Origin: Candidatus Eiseniibacteriota bacterium | Lineage (GTDB): Bacteria > Eisenbacteria > RBG-16-71-46 > SZUA-252 | Assembly: GCA_963703225.1 (NCBI GenBank) | Contig: OY969801.1 | Location: 896,001-960,000 of the forward strand | Reading direction: 5' to 3' | Length of the DNA: 64,000 nt | In this document: piece after piece, positions 9,865-19,526 of the stretch | Numbering within the stretch: the stretch's first letter is position 1 | How the letters are laid out: every line of letters begins with the position of its first letter | Position numbers and translations under genes: made by a program | Notes under the pieces: model-generated | Seen by the model: the letters and a program-made list of their open reading frames with translations, nothing else | Databases searched by the model: none | Told to the model about the DNA's origin: nothing

Positions 9865-11293
9865 AGCTCCGGATCCGGATCGCCGACGACGAGGAGCTGA
9901 TCCGAAAGTCCCTGGTCAAGCTCCTGCGCGACGAAGGGCACGACGTGGACGCGGTCGGCTCCGCGGCCGAGGTACTGGAATCGGTCCGCCACGATCCACC
10001 CCACGTGCTGGTGCTCGACCTGAGGCTTCCCGACGGGAGCGGCCTCGACCTCCTGCCCCGCCTCAAGACGATGGCCCCCGAGATGAAGGTCGTCGTGATC
10101 ACCGCCTTCGGCGATCTGCCGACCGCGGTGGAGGCGATGCGGCAGGGGGCCGACGGACTTCCTCAAGAAGCCCTACGAGATGCACGAGATGCTCCTCGCG
10201 GTGGAGCGGCTCAAGGCCGGGCTCGCCCAGGAGACCCAGCTGGACGCGTTCCGGCGAGGCGAGCTGGAATCGTTCCTCAAGACCCGGATCGTCGGCGAGT
10301 CGCCGGCCATGCGCCGGATCTGGGACGTGGTCGGAAAGGTGTCGCAGAGCGAGGCGACCACGGTACTGATCGAGGGGGAGAGCGGCACCGGGAAGGAGCT
10401 GGTCGCGCGGACGATCCACTTCGAGAGCAACCGGCGGGACGCGCCCTTCCTCGCACTCAACTGCTCCTCGTTCCAGGAGCAGCTCTTGGAGAACGAGCTC
10501 TTTGGCCACGAGCGGGGCGCCTTCACCGACGCCAAGGAGCCCAAGCGGGGCCTGGTCGAGCTGGCCGACCAGGGGACGCTCTTCCTGGACGAGGTCGGCG
10601 ACCTTCCGGTCGCCACCCAGGCGAAGCTGCTCCGCTTCATCGAGGACCGGACGTTCCGCCGGGTGGGCGGCGCCGCCGATTTCACGGTCGACCTCCGCAT
10701 CGTGGCCGCCACGAATCGCGATCTCGATCCGGCGGTCAAGGACGGCCGCTTCCGGCACGATCTCTTCTATCGGCTCAAGGTCGTCTCCATCGACTTGCCG
10801 CCGCTTCGGGAGCGGGGAGACGACGTCATCCTCCTCGCCCGCCACTTCCTCGCGCTCTACAACGAAAAGTTCCGGAAGCGCTTCCTCGCCCTCGACCCCG
10901 AGGTGGAGACGATTCTCCGCGCCTACGCGTGGCCGGGAAACGTCCGCGAGCTGCGAAACCTGCTCGAGCGGATCGTGCTCCTGGAAGATGACGAGATGCT
11001 CCGCGAGGATCATCTTCCCGCCGAGATGGTCGCCTCGGTGGAGTCGGTGCCGCGCGTGCTTCGGGATGCGATCGCCGCGCGCGGCGAGGGAGGGGAGGAG
11101 CTGCCCGCCGCTCGCCGAGGTTGAGCAGGAGCACATCCTCCGGGTCCTCGAGTACACCAACGGGAATCGCTCGCACGCGGCGCGCGTGCTCGGCATTTCC
11201 CGCCAGAGCTTGATCGAGAGGCTCAAGCGGATCGCGGCGACGCGAGGTCCACTCGCCGCGGACGATGCCACGCGCCCTCGCGCGCAGCGCTGA
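9861..11293 (+). CDS. sigma54-dependent response regulator (REC-AAA+-Fis HTH), frameshifts near 10150 and 11110
   Basis: IADDEE..LDLRLPD receiver; GESGTGKE, GAFTDA, FLDEVGDL, WPGNVREL; LAEVEQEHI..GNRSHAARVLGISRQSL HTH. Confidence 0.92.
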
Positions 11294-11327
11294 GCGGCTC
11301 GAAATCCCGCTGTCGCCTTTCTTGGGA

Positions 11328-11416
11328 TGTCGCGTTTCTCGACAGCCCACCTGATTCTCACACCACGCCTCGATAATCAGACGTTTCGTTCCCCTCCGCT
11401 GTCCAATCTCCTGACA
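11328..11416. promoter_or_regulatory. two putative enhancer (UAS) palindromes for a sigma54 activator
   Basis: TGTCG-N7-CGACA (11328-11344) and TGTC-N9-GACA (11400-11416), both TGT-N11-ACA, 72 bp apart. Confidence 0.6.
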
Positions 11417-11539
11417 GATTGCTCCGGAGCGCCCTCGCGCGCGCGAAGCTGAGAAGGATTCGAAGGATCGCGCGTAACTCGCGCGCGTCGCGTGTGATCT
11501 GCGCGCGCCGCGATCCCCGCGCGGGGCGCTCGCGACGCG

Positions 11540-11556
11540 CTGGCCCACTTCATGCT
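11540..11556 (+). promoter_or_regulatory. sigma54 -24/-12 promoter
   Basis: CTGGCCCACTTCATGCT: GG(11542-43)-N10-GC(11554-55), downstream of a sigma54 activator gene and UAS-like palindromes. Confidence 0.7.
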
Positions 11557-11602
11557 CTATACGGGTCCCAATGAATTCAGCATGGACAGGGGGAGGTGTG
11601 GA

Positions 11603-11989
11603 TTGCCGAGGTCCGTCCTCATCGTGGACGACGAGCAGCTTCTGGTTCGCACCGTCTCCAGTGTCCTCAAGGAAGCGGGGTACCGGATCGCAACAGCGGG
11701 GTCGGCAGAGCAGGCAGACAAGCACGTTTTTGGCGACCCGCCGTTCGATCTGATCGTCGTCGACAACCGACTGCCCAAGGAGAGCGGGATCGAGTTGATC
11801 AAGCGGCTCCGCGAGGCGGCGGTGAAATCAAAAGTGATTCTGATGACGGCCTACGAGACGCCGGAGGTGAAGTCCGAGGCCAAGCGTCTCAAGGTCGACC
11901 GGTACCTGAGAAAGCCGTTCGACCTGACCGTCCTGGTGGATGACGTTCGGAGCTTGATCGGGCCCGGAGGAAATTCGACCGCGGGCTGA
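11603..11989 (+). CDS. single-domain response regulator (receiver only)
   Basis: VLIVDDE, IVVDNRLP, VILMTAY, LRKPF; TTG start after a GGGGAGGTG SD. Confidence 0.88.
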   Translation: MPRSVLIVDDEQLLVRTVSSVLKEAGYRIATAGSAEQADKHVFGDPPFDLIVVDNRLPKESGIELIKRLREAAVKSKVILMTAYETPEVKSEAKRLKVDRYLRKPFDLTVLVDDVRSLIGPGGNSTAG

Positions 11990-12029
11990 AACCGAAGCCA
12001 ATCCAACACGGGGGGAGGTGATTCATAAA

Positions 12030-12077
12030 GTGGCTGCCAAGAAGAAGGCTGCGAAGAAGAAGGCCAAGAAGAAGTAA
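12030..12077 (+). CDS. 15-aa Lys/Ala micropeptide MAAKKKAAKKKAKKK (below ORF-track cutoff)
   Basis: GGAGGTGA SD at 12014-12021, GTG at 12030, all nine Lys codons AAG, TAA 12075-77, terminator follows. Confidence 0.7.
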   Translation: MAAKKKAAKKKAKKK

Positions 12078-12113
12078 CAAGAGGTAAGAAGTAAAGCGGA
12101 TTGGGCACGTCCT

Positions 12114-12152
12114 CAGGGGTCGCCTGGCTTCGGCCGGGCGGCCCTGTTTGTT
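12114..12152 (+). terminator. intrinsic terminator
   Basis: CAGGGGTCGCCTGGC-TTCG-GCCGGGCGGCCCTG followed by TTTGTT. Confidence 0.8.
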
Positions 12153-12159
12153 GCGGGCC

Positions 12160-12957
12160 CTAGTGCTCCATCAGATGGTCGTAAATGAGCTCGTAAGGCT
12201 CGGAGCTGACACCGTGGGAGCCTCGGAATGGCTGATCGTAGACGAGGATCAGGAAGACCAGCAAACCCATCAGGCTGGAGAGAAGCCCGACCATGATCCG
12301 ATGGAGCCACACACTTCCGACGTCGAAGAAGTAGGATGCCGAGAGCGTGATCAGCGCACCGACGAGTATGACCGCCCACATGGCGGCGGGTAGACCCGAT
12401 CCGACCGCGTCGAGGCGCAGACGGCGGGCGAGAATCAGCTCGTTATAGGCGTGGAGCGTTTCCGCGTGAATGATCTTCTGTGCGTCGGAGGTGGGAGCGA
12501 ACTCAAGGAGGTGCTCCTGAGTTCGGTTCATGATCGCCACCCCTTTTGTTGGAACCAGTCCCCGGCGTTGCAGGGGCCACGCCTCGTGGATGATCTGATC
12601 GGTGTAGTCCCGGAGATCGGTCTTGAGTTGAGTGCGCACCGGCTCGGGGTAACCGCCGAAGTCCCGGTAGAGTGACGCGATCGCGGTTGCCTCTCGGGAG
12701 ACGAGCTTGGAGACATCCGCATAGCTCTCCCAGACCGCGATTGCGATCAGCGCCACGGCGAGCCCGTAAATGATGAGGATTCCGTGGAGGATCGCACCGG
12801 TTACCTCGTTCTGGTGGGCGACGTGCCCGAGCAGCGGCAGGATCAGGCGGCGGGCGATCGACAACCCAATGAGCCCCACGACCGCGAAAACCGCGACGAT
12901 CAGGATTCCGAGCACTACCCACGGCACGCTAAAGACCCAGTCGAACATGCGAATCAC
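12160..12957 (-). CDS. DUF4239/bestrophin-like membrane protein
   Basis: TM helices, IYGLAVALIAIAVWESY, REATAIASLYRD, EAWP, RRLRL, DQPFRG..VSSEP; start 12948 or 12957. Confidence 0.7.
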   Translation of the reverse strand: MIRMFDWVFSVPWVVLGILIVAVFAVVGLIGLSIARRLILPLLGHVAHQNEVTGAILHGILIIYGLAVALIAIAVWESYADVSKLVSREATAIASLYRDFGGYPEPVRTQLKTDLRDYTDQIIHEAWPLQRRGLVPTKGVAIMNRTQEHLLEFAPTSDAQKIIHAETLHAYNELILARRLRLDAVGSGLPAAMWAVILVGALITLSASYFFDVGSVWLHRIMVGLLSSLMGLLVFLILVYDQPFRGSHGVSSEPYELIYDHLMEH

Positions 12958-12991
12958 TCTAGGCGATCTGGAGCCCCCCGCGCGAGAAGTC

Positions 12992-13027
12992 TTGACAGCG
13001 ACCTCATAAGGTGGTCATATGACCACC
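12992..13027 (+). promoter_or_regulatory. promoter with overlapping perfect 18-bp operator palindrome
   Basis: TTGACA 12992-12997; GGTGGTCATATGACCACC 13010-13027 covers the -10 region; ATG at 13029. Confidence 0.7.
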
Positions 13028-13028
13028 A

Positions 13029-13367
13029 ATGAGGGTCAGTAGGAATTCGAGTCCCTTCGGTAGCTCGGCGCGCACGCGGGTATTGCTGGCGCTCCACTTG
13101 CTCTCCGAGAGTTACGCTCGGGAGCTGGCTCGACTGATTGGACTTAGCCTGTCGGGCGTCCAGAAAGCTCTCCGGTCCCTGGATCGCGATGGCCTCGTCG
13201 CGGGCCGCCCCGCCGGCAGGACGCGACTCTACCGGTTGAATCCGAGGGCATTCGCCCGTACGGAGCTCGAGAATTATCTCGCGCGGCTTATCGAAGCGGA
13301 TGATGAGCTGAGGACCGGTGCGGCCGAACTTCGGAGGAGACCCCGAAGGGCCGGCAAGCCGTTGTGA
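13029..13367 (+). CDS. winged-HTH protein (ArsR/MarR-like), putative antitoxin/autoregulator
   Basis: FGSSARTRVL, YARELARLIGLSLSGVQKALRSL..GLV, GRTRLYRLNP. Confidence 0.75.
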   Translation: MRVSRNSSPFGSSARTRVLLALHLLSESYARELARLIGLSLSGVQKALRSLDRDGLVAGRPAGRTRLYRLNPRAFARTELENYLARLIEADDELRTGAAELRRRPRRAGKPL

Positions 13368-13933
13368 AGTTCACTTCCCGGACTTCTCTCGCCACCCTGT
13401 CCGTGGTCGTGGGGGACAGACTCCGCCGTGAAGGGATTCGTGCGGTTCTGACCGGCGGTGCATGCGCGAACCTGTATTCGGGCGGGGAGTACCAGTCGCT
13501 GGACGCAGACTTTGTCCTCATCAGCTCGTGCACACTGCGGGAGCTCGACCGCGTTCTAGCCACGCTGGGCTTCAAGCGCAAGCGCGACCTGTATGTCCAC
13601 CCGAGGGCCAGATTCTTCCTCGAATTCCCACGAGGGCCACTCGGAGTCGGGGGTGACTTTCAAATCCGGCCCGTCCTGAGGGGGCATGGACGTGCGAAGA
13701 CGCTGGCCCTATCGGCGACGGACGCGTGCAGGGATCGTCTCGCCGCGTTCTACCACTGGAACGACCGCCAGAGCCTCGCCGCCGCCGTGGCAATCGCTGC
13801 CCGCCATCGCATCGTGCAGCACAAAGTGCGGAAGTGGAGCCAGAGTGAGGGGCACGTGGAGCGCTATGATGCCTTTCTCCTCGAGCTGAAACGGGCGCGC
13901 AGAGCCCGCCGGGCCCGGGCACGAACAGGCTAG
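13364..13933 (+). CDS. putative Pol-beta-fold nucleotidyltransferase (DUF6036/AbiEii-like)
   Basis: [11 protein letters not shown]...SLDADFV (GG plus DxD motif), [19 protein letters not shown] overlap with the HTH gene. Confidence 0.6.
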   Translation: MKFTSRTSLATLSVVVGDRLRREGIRAVLTGGACANLYSGGEYQSLDADFVLISSCTLRELDRVLATLGFKRKRDLYVHPRARFFLEFPRGPLGVGGDFQIRPVLRGHGRAKTLALSATDACRDRLAAFYHWNDRQSLAAAVAIAARHRIVQHKVRKWSQSEGHVERYDAFLLELKRARRARRARARTG

Positions 13934-13976
13934 AGCAGGAAACTCGGTCCCGCGCTGGGTTGGATGCGGCATCGGT

Positions 13977-14005
13977 TTGACACGACGGGTGGGCGCTGGG
14001 AGAAT
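13977..14005 (+). promoter_or_regulatory. uvrA promoter, likely leaderless
   Basis: TTGACA(13977-82)-N17-GAGAAT(14000-05) with extended TG; GTG at 14012. Confidence 0.55.
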
Positions 14006-14011
14006 CTCCCC

Positions 14012-16790
14012 GTGCCCAACCGCCCGGCTCCGCCCGGCGTGCCGATGGTTTCCCTCTTCGGCGCCCGGCAGAACAACCTCAAGAACATCGACGTCGCCTT
14101 TCCCCGCGCCTCGCTGACCGTTGTCACCGGCGTGAGCGGGTCGGGGAAGTCGTCGCTCGCCTTCGACACGATCTACGCCGAGGGGCAGCGCCGCTACGTG
14201 GAGTGCGTCTCCACCTACGCCAAGCAGTTTCTGGACCGTCTCCCGCGGCCCGACTACGACCGCCTGGACGGGCTCGCGCCGGCGCTGGCGATCCGGCAGG
14301 GCGCCGCCGCGCAGACCGGGCGATCCACCGTGGGGACCGTCACCGAGCTGGCCGACCACTTGAGGCTCCTTTTGGCCCGGGTCGGCGAGACCTGGTGCTC
14401 CACCTGCGGCGCGGCGGTGCCGCGACACAGCGTCGATTCGGTGCTCGAGGCGATTCTCGGCGGGGCCGGGGATGAGGTGACGATCTCGACCACGCTCGCC
14501 GCCCCGGACGGGCGAGGGCGCGGAGGCGCTCTGGGCGCGCGCGCTGAGCCGCGGCTTCGTGCGGGCGCGCGGCAGGGGCGGGCGCGATTGGGTCCGGCTC
14601 GACGAGCCGATGCCGCCCAAGACCCGGGCGCCGATCGAGGTCTACGTCGACCGCCTCGCCGCGACGCCGGAGAACCGGATGAGGCTCCGCGAGGCGCTCG
14701 AGCTGGCCTGGCGCGAGGGCTCGGGGAGCGTCGACGCGACGCGGGCGTCGGGGGAGAAGCTCTCCTTCTACGACGGCCGCACCTGCGCCACCTGCGGCCG
14801 GTCGTTCCCCGAGCCTCGCCCGCAGCTCTTCTCGTTCAACAGCCCGTACGGCGCGTGCCCCGAGTGCCGCGGCTTCGGGAACATCCTGACCTTCACGTTG
14901 GACCGGGTCGTCCCTGATCCGGGGAAGTCGGTTCTCGAAGGGGCGCTCGACCCGTGGGCCAACTCGTGGCGGGCCTACTTCCTCCCCAAGCTCAAAGCGG
15001 TCGCCGCCGAGTATGGGATCCGCCTCGACCGGCCGTTTCGCTCGCTTTCCGAGGAGCACCGCAAAATTCTTCTTCACGGCGCGCCAGGCTTCCGCGGGGT
15101 CTTCCCCTTTCTGGAACGGCTCCGCGCCAAGGCGTACAAGTCGAGTGCCCGGTTCCTCGTGAAGCGGTATCAGGAAACGGTTCTCTGCGGGACGTGCAAG
15201 GGAATCCGGCTCAAGCCGGAGGCGCTCGAGGTCCGGGTGGGCGGAAAGAACGTATCGGAGCTGTCGGCGATGACCGTCGGGGATCTGCGGGAGTTCATCT
15301 CAAGCCTGAGCCTCGACCCGGTTCGCACGCGTGTCGCGGCTCCGATCCTCTCCGAGCTCAACGGCCGGCTCGAATATTTGGGCGAGACCGGCCTCGACTA
15401 CCTCACGCTGGATCGGCCCACCAAGACGCTCTCGGGGGGCGAGGCGCAGCGGATCGAGCTGGCGAACGCGCTGGGCGGGAGCCTGAGCCACGCGCTCTAC
15501 GTCCTCGACGAGCCCACGGTGGGGCTTCACCCTCGGGACACCGAGCGGTTGATCCGGGTGCTCCTGCGTCTGAGGGAGCGCGGGAACACGCTCCTCGTCG
15601 TGGAGCACGACGCCGACGTCATCGGCTCGGCCGATTGGATCGTCGAGCTGGGACCGGGCGCGGGGCACCGCGGCGGGAATTTGCTCTATCAGGGGCCGCT
15701 CGAGTCCTGGACGGGGCTGGGCGACGCCGCCGACAGGCCGGAATTCGTCGCCGAAGCAAAGGCGCCCCGCTACGGCTCGCGCCACAAGGGAGAGTGGATC
15801 GAGGTGCGCGGCGCTCGGGAGCACAATCTCAAGGAGATCTCGGTCCGCTTTCCGGTGGGCGCTCTCACCGGGGTCTGCGGCGTGTCCGGCTCGGGCAAAT
15901 CGACGCTGGTGGAGGAGATTCTCTGGAGGGCGGCTGCCCGCGCGATCGACGGGGATGCGCCGGCCCCCGGGGCCCACGACGAGGTGCTGGGGCTCAAGCC
16001 CATCAAACGGGTGGCCCTCGTCGATCAGTCGCCGGTCGCCCGCTCCACCCGCTCCAATCCCGCGACCTACGTCAAGGCGTTCGACCGCATCCGGGAGCGC
16101 TACGCCCGCGCGCCGCTCGCCCGCCAGAGGAAGTACGCGCCCGGCACCTTCTCGTTCAACGTCGCGGGCGGCCGCTGCGAGGCGTGCGAGGGAGCGGGGC
16201 AGACGAAAGTGGAGATGTACTTCCTCGCCGACCTCTGGGTTCCCTGCGAGACCTGCTCGGGGCGGCGTTATCGGCCCGAAGTCCTCGACGTGAAGGTGCA
16301 CGGCCTCGCCATCGACGCGCTTCTCGACCGCACCGTCGAGGAGACGCTGGCTCTCTTTCAGGGTGAGAACGATATCTTGGAACCCCTCTGGGTGCTGGAG
16401 CGGGTCGGGCTGGGATATCTCAGGCTCGGGCAGACGCTCTCGACGCTCAGCGGCGGGGAAACACAGCGCCTCAAGCTGGCGCGGGAGCTGGCCGAGCGCG
16501 GGAGCTCCGCCACCCTCTACATTCTCGACGAGCCGACGGTGGGGCTGCACCGGAAAGACGTGATCACGCTCCTGCGCGTGCTCAACGAGCTCACCCGCCG
16601 CGGCGGGACGGTGATCGCGGTGGAGCACAACTTGGATTTCCTCGCCGCGTGCGACTACCTGGTGGAACTGGGGCCCGAAGGAGGCGACGCGGGCGGCTTT
16701 CTGGTCGCCGAGGGAACGCCGCGCGAGCTGGGGCGGTCGGGCTCGTCGCCGACCGGGGACTACCTCAAGAGGATCGCTGCCTGCGCGTAG
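14012..16790 (+). CDS. uvrA: excinuclease ABC subunit A, frameshift near 14510
   Basis: [46 protein letters not shown], second [22 protein letters not shown]. Confidence 0.92.
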
Positions 16791-17368
16791 TCGAGCGGGT
16801 GGTGGGCGGGCACGCTCATCCGCCCCCGCAGAACGATTCCGAGCTTGTTGGTGAGCAGGTACTCAGCGCCCGCGTAGAGATGGGTCTTGAGATACCCGTG
16901 GGCGTGGAAACCGGTATCGCTGAATCCGACGATGTCGGCCGATTGGACCACGACGTGGGCGCCCGGGCCCGCCTCGAGCAGCGGACGGAGTTTCCATTCC
17001 TGATGGTAGGACTTGAGCGGCCGGAACAGGTAGTAGAAGCTGAGCGAGCCCTCCGTCAGGTAGTCCTTGTGGCCGCCGGCGACTTCGAGCTGGATCGACT
17101 GCTCGAACGGCCCTCCCTCACGGATGAACCGCCGGTAGGCGAACGTTCCCAATAAATCGAAGTAGCCCTCCGGTATGGCCGCGCCCAGCTCGATCCGATC
17201 CCTCTCCTCCGGCGTGCGCCGAAGCTGCGAGGTGACCGGCGGACGGGGTCGCGGGGTCGCCTCCACCTGAGCCAGTACCGGCCCAGCCAACCCGACCGGG
17301 AGCGCTAAAGAGAGGAGCGTGGTCACGAGGAACCGGCGCGCGCCATGCAGCGCCCGGGGGTTCCTCAC
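16760..17368 (-). CDS. hypothetical exported protein, probable small outer-membrane beta-barrel
   Basis: signal peptide ..PVLA-Q; alternating amphipathic strands (LRPLLEAGPG, LYAGAEYLL, LGIVLRGR). Confidence 0.5.
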   Translation of the reverse strand: MRNPRALHGARRFLVTTLLSLALPVGLAGPVLAQVEATPRPRPPVTSQLRRTPEERDRIELGAAIPEGYFDLLGTFAYRRFIREGGPFEQSIQLEVAGGHKDYLTEGSLSFYYLFRPLKSYHQEWKLRPLLEAGPGAHVVVQSADIVGFSDTGFHAHGYLKTHLYAGAEYLLTNKLGIVLRGRMSVPAHHPLDYAQAAILLR

Positions 17369-17802
17369 TCCACCGCCAGGTCGCTGGTCGAGGTGAAGGT
17401 CTCCGACTCCAGATAGATCCGATAGTTCCCCGGCGCGACCCGTTTCCCGGACTCATCGGTGAAGTCCCAGGGAATAGGAGGCTGCCGGAAGAAGCCAGGC
17501 AGCGTCGCCGCCTCGTCCGAGTCGAGCAGGACCTTGACGCGGGCGGCCTTGCTGTCGAACACGGCGATCCGGACGTGCGCCTCGTGCGGCAGGGCGAACT
17601 GGATGTTGTAGGAGACCTGCGTATGGCCCGGAAGGATCGCGGTGGTGGCGCAAACCTGGACCTCGCCGCCCGCCACGGTGAACTTGTCGCAGGAGTCCCA
17701 CGACGTGCGCTCGGAGCCTGGAAAGAAATTCTGGGCGGAGTGGATGCCGTCGGCGCTGCAGCCTGTGATGGCGATGATCGCCAGGACGAGCGGGATTCGC
17801 AG
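17365..17802 (-). CDS. lipoprotein with FlgD Ig-like domain, apparent CTG start
   Basis: AGGAG SD then CTG at 17802; MRIPLVLAIIAITG-C lipobox; IQFALP..VRIAVFD...VKVL, WDFTDESGKRVAPGNY. Confidence 0.6.
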   Translation of the reverse strand: MRIPLVLAIIAITGCSADGIHSAQNFFPGSERTSWDSCDKFTVAGGEVQVCATTAILPGHTQVSYNIQFALPHEAHVRIAVFDSKAARVKVLLDSDEAATLPGFFRQPPIPWDFTDESGKRVAPGNYRIYLESETFTSTSDLAVE

Positions 17803-17988
17803 TTCGAACTCGCTCCTATCCGGCGGCGGGGAAGAAAACGAAATGATGGAGGGAATTCAAAGTTGAGGAAGTTCCCCGCGCATCCACGTGTGTCGCAAGT
17901 TAAAACCCCGCAAGAAACAACCCGCTGGAAGGACTAGGTTTTATCTGCGGATTGGGCACGAGGCGGCAGGGAACTCCGCTCGGTAGAA

Positions 17989-18018
17989 AATTTATCAATC
18001 CCCCCGAGGCCGTGTCAA
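17989..18018 (-). promoter_or_regulatory. sigma70-type promoter for the lipoprotein/barrel pair
   Basis: minus strand TTGACA(18018-18013)-N18-TAAATT(17994-17989) with extended TG; about 180-nt leader. Confidence 0.45.
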
Positions 18019-18163
18019 CAGATTTGTCCTTGACCGGCACTGAGAAATCGGACTCGGCGCGCTCGCGGCGGCAACAGGGCTGTTGTGTCGAGGCCAACCG
18101 AGTGATACCCTGCACCGTTTATGGCTTTAGGCGGAGTACGCAGCGTGGCCAGGTCGGTATCCC

Positions 18164-19483
18164 TTGCTTGAGGAGCTGAGCGAGCGGCTTTCCGGCGTCT
18201 TCCGCAAGTTGCTGGGGCGGGGCCGGTTGAGCGACCAGGACGTCCGCGATGCGCTGCGGGAGATCCGGCGGGTCCTGCTCGAGGCCGACGTCAATCTGGA
18301 CGTCGCGCGGGCGTTCCTCAAGTCGGTCGAGGAGCGCGCGGTCGGCGCGGACCTTCTCCGGAGCGTCACGCCCGGCCAGCAGATCGTCAAGATCGTCCAC
18401 GAGGAGCTGATTCGGCTTCTCGGCGGCAGCGGCGCCGCGGCGATGCAGTTCCCGTCCAACCGCGCGGCGGTGGTCCTCCTCGCGGGGCTTCAGGGCTCGG
18501 GGAAGACGACGACCGCGGCGAAGGTCGCGCGGCACTGGAAGGAACGCGGGAAGCGGGTGCTCTTGGCCGCGCTCGATCTCAAGCGGCCCGCGGCGATCGA
18601 TCAGCTCGAGGTCCTCGGTCGTTCGATCTCGGTTCCGGTGCACGCGGATCGCGAGGCCAAGGATCCGGTCGCGCTGGCCAAGGCGAGCCGGGCGCGCGCC
18701 GATCGGGAGGGCTTCGACCTCCTGATCGCGGACACGGCGGGGCGGCTGCACGTCGACGAAGAGCTGATGGACGAGGTCGCCCGGGTCCAGGCCGCACTCG
18801 AGCCGCACGATACGCTGCTGGTACTCGACGGCATGACCGGCCAGGATGCGGTGTCGGTGGCCGAGGCGTTCGTCAAGCGGCTCCGGGTCAGCGGTTTCAT
18901 CCTGACGAAGATGGACGGCGACGCGCGGGGTGGCGCGGCGCTCTCGCTCCGCGCCGTCTGCGGGGCGCCCATCCGCTACATGGGGGTGGGCGAAAAGCTG
19001 GACGGGCTCGAGCCCTTCCATGCCGATCGGCTGGCGTCGCGGATTCTCGGCATGGGGGACGTGCTCACGCTGGTCGAGCGCGCCCAGGAGCGGCTCGACC
19101 TGGGGAAGGCCGAGGCGCTCGAGAAGAAGCTCCGCAAGGAGCGCTTTACGCTGGAGGATTTTCTCGGCCAGCTCCAGGAGATGAAGAAGCTGGGGCCGCT
19201 CGAGGAAATCGTGAAGATGTTGCCGGGGGTCAAGCTCCCGGCGGGCGCCCAGGTCGACGAGCGCGATCTCAAGAGGACCGAGGCGATCATCCAGTCGATG
19301 ACCCGCGAGGAGCGCGAGCGCCCCGCGATCATCAACGGCAGCCGCCGCAAGCGGATCGCCCGCGGCAGCGGCACGACGGTGCAGGACGTGAATCGGCTGC
19401 TCCGGCAGTTCGAGCAGACGCAGACGATGTTGAAGCGCCTTGGCGGCGGACGGCGCGGCAAGCTCCCCATGGGGCTTCGCTAG
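18164..19483 (+). CDS. ffh: signal recognition particle protein
   Basis: [53 protein letters not shown]. Confidence 0.97.
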   Translation: MLEELSERLSGVFRKLLGRGRLSDQDVRDALREIRRVLLEADVNLDVARAFLKSVEERAVGADLLRSVTPGQQIVKIVHEELIRLLGGSGAAAMQFPSNRAAVVLLAGLQGSGKTTTAAKVARHWKERGKRVLLAALDLKRPAAIDQLEVLGRSISVPVHADREAKDPVALAKASRARADREGFDLLIADTAGRLHVDEELMDEVARVQAALEPHDTLLVLDGMTGQDAVSVAEAFVKRLRVSGFILTKMDGDARGGAALSLRAVCGAPIRYMGVGEKLDGLEPFHADRLASRILGMGDVLTLVERAQERLDLGKAEALEKKLRKERFTLEDFLGQLQEMKKLGPLEEIVKMLPGVKLPAGAQVDERDLKRTEAIIQSMTREERERPAIINGSRRKRIARGSGTTVQDVNRLLRQFEQTQTMLKRLGGGRRGKLPMGLR

Positions 19484-19526
19484 CGCCGCGGTCGGGCGCC
19501 CGGTATCCACTGGGAGGAATTCAGGA

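Noticed and set aside
14012..16790. UvrA2/DrrC-type resistance ATPase
   Set aside because: The segment between the first zinc-binding motifs, where the UvrB-binding domain lies, is present, so it is kept as uvrA.
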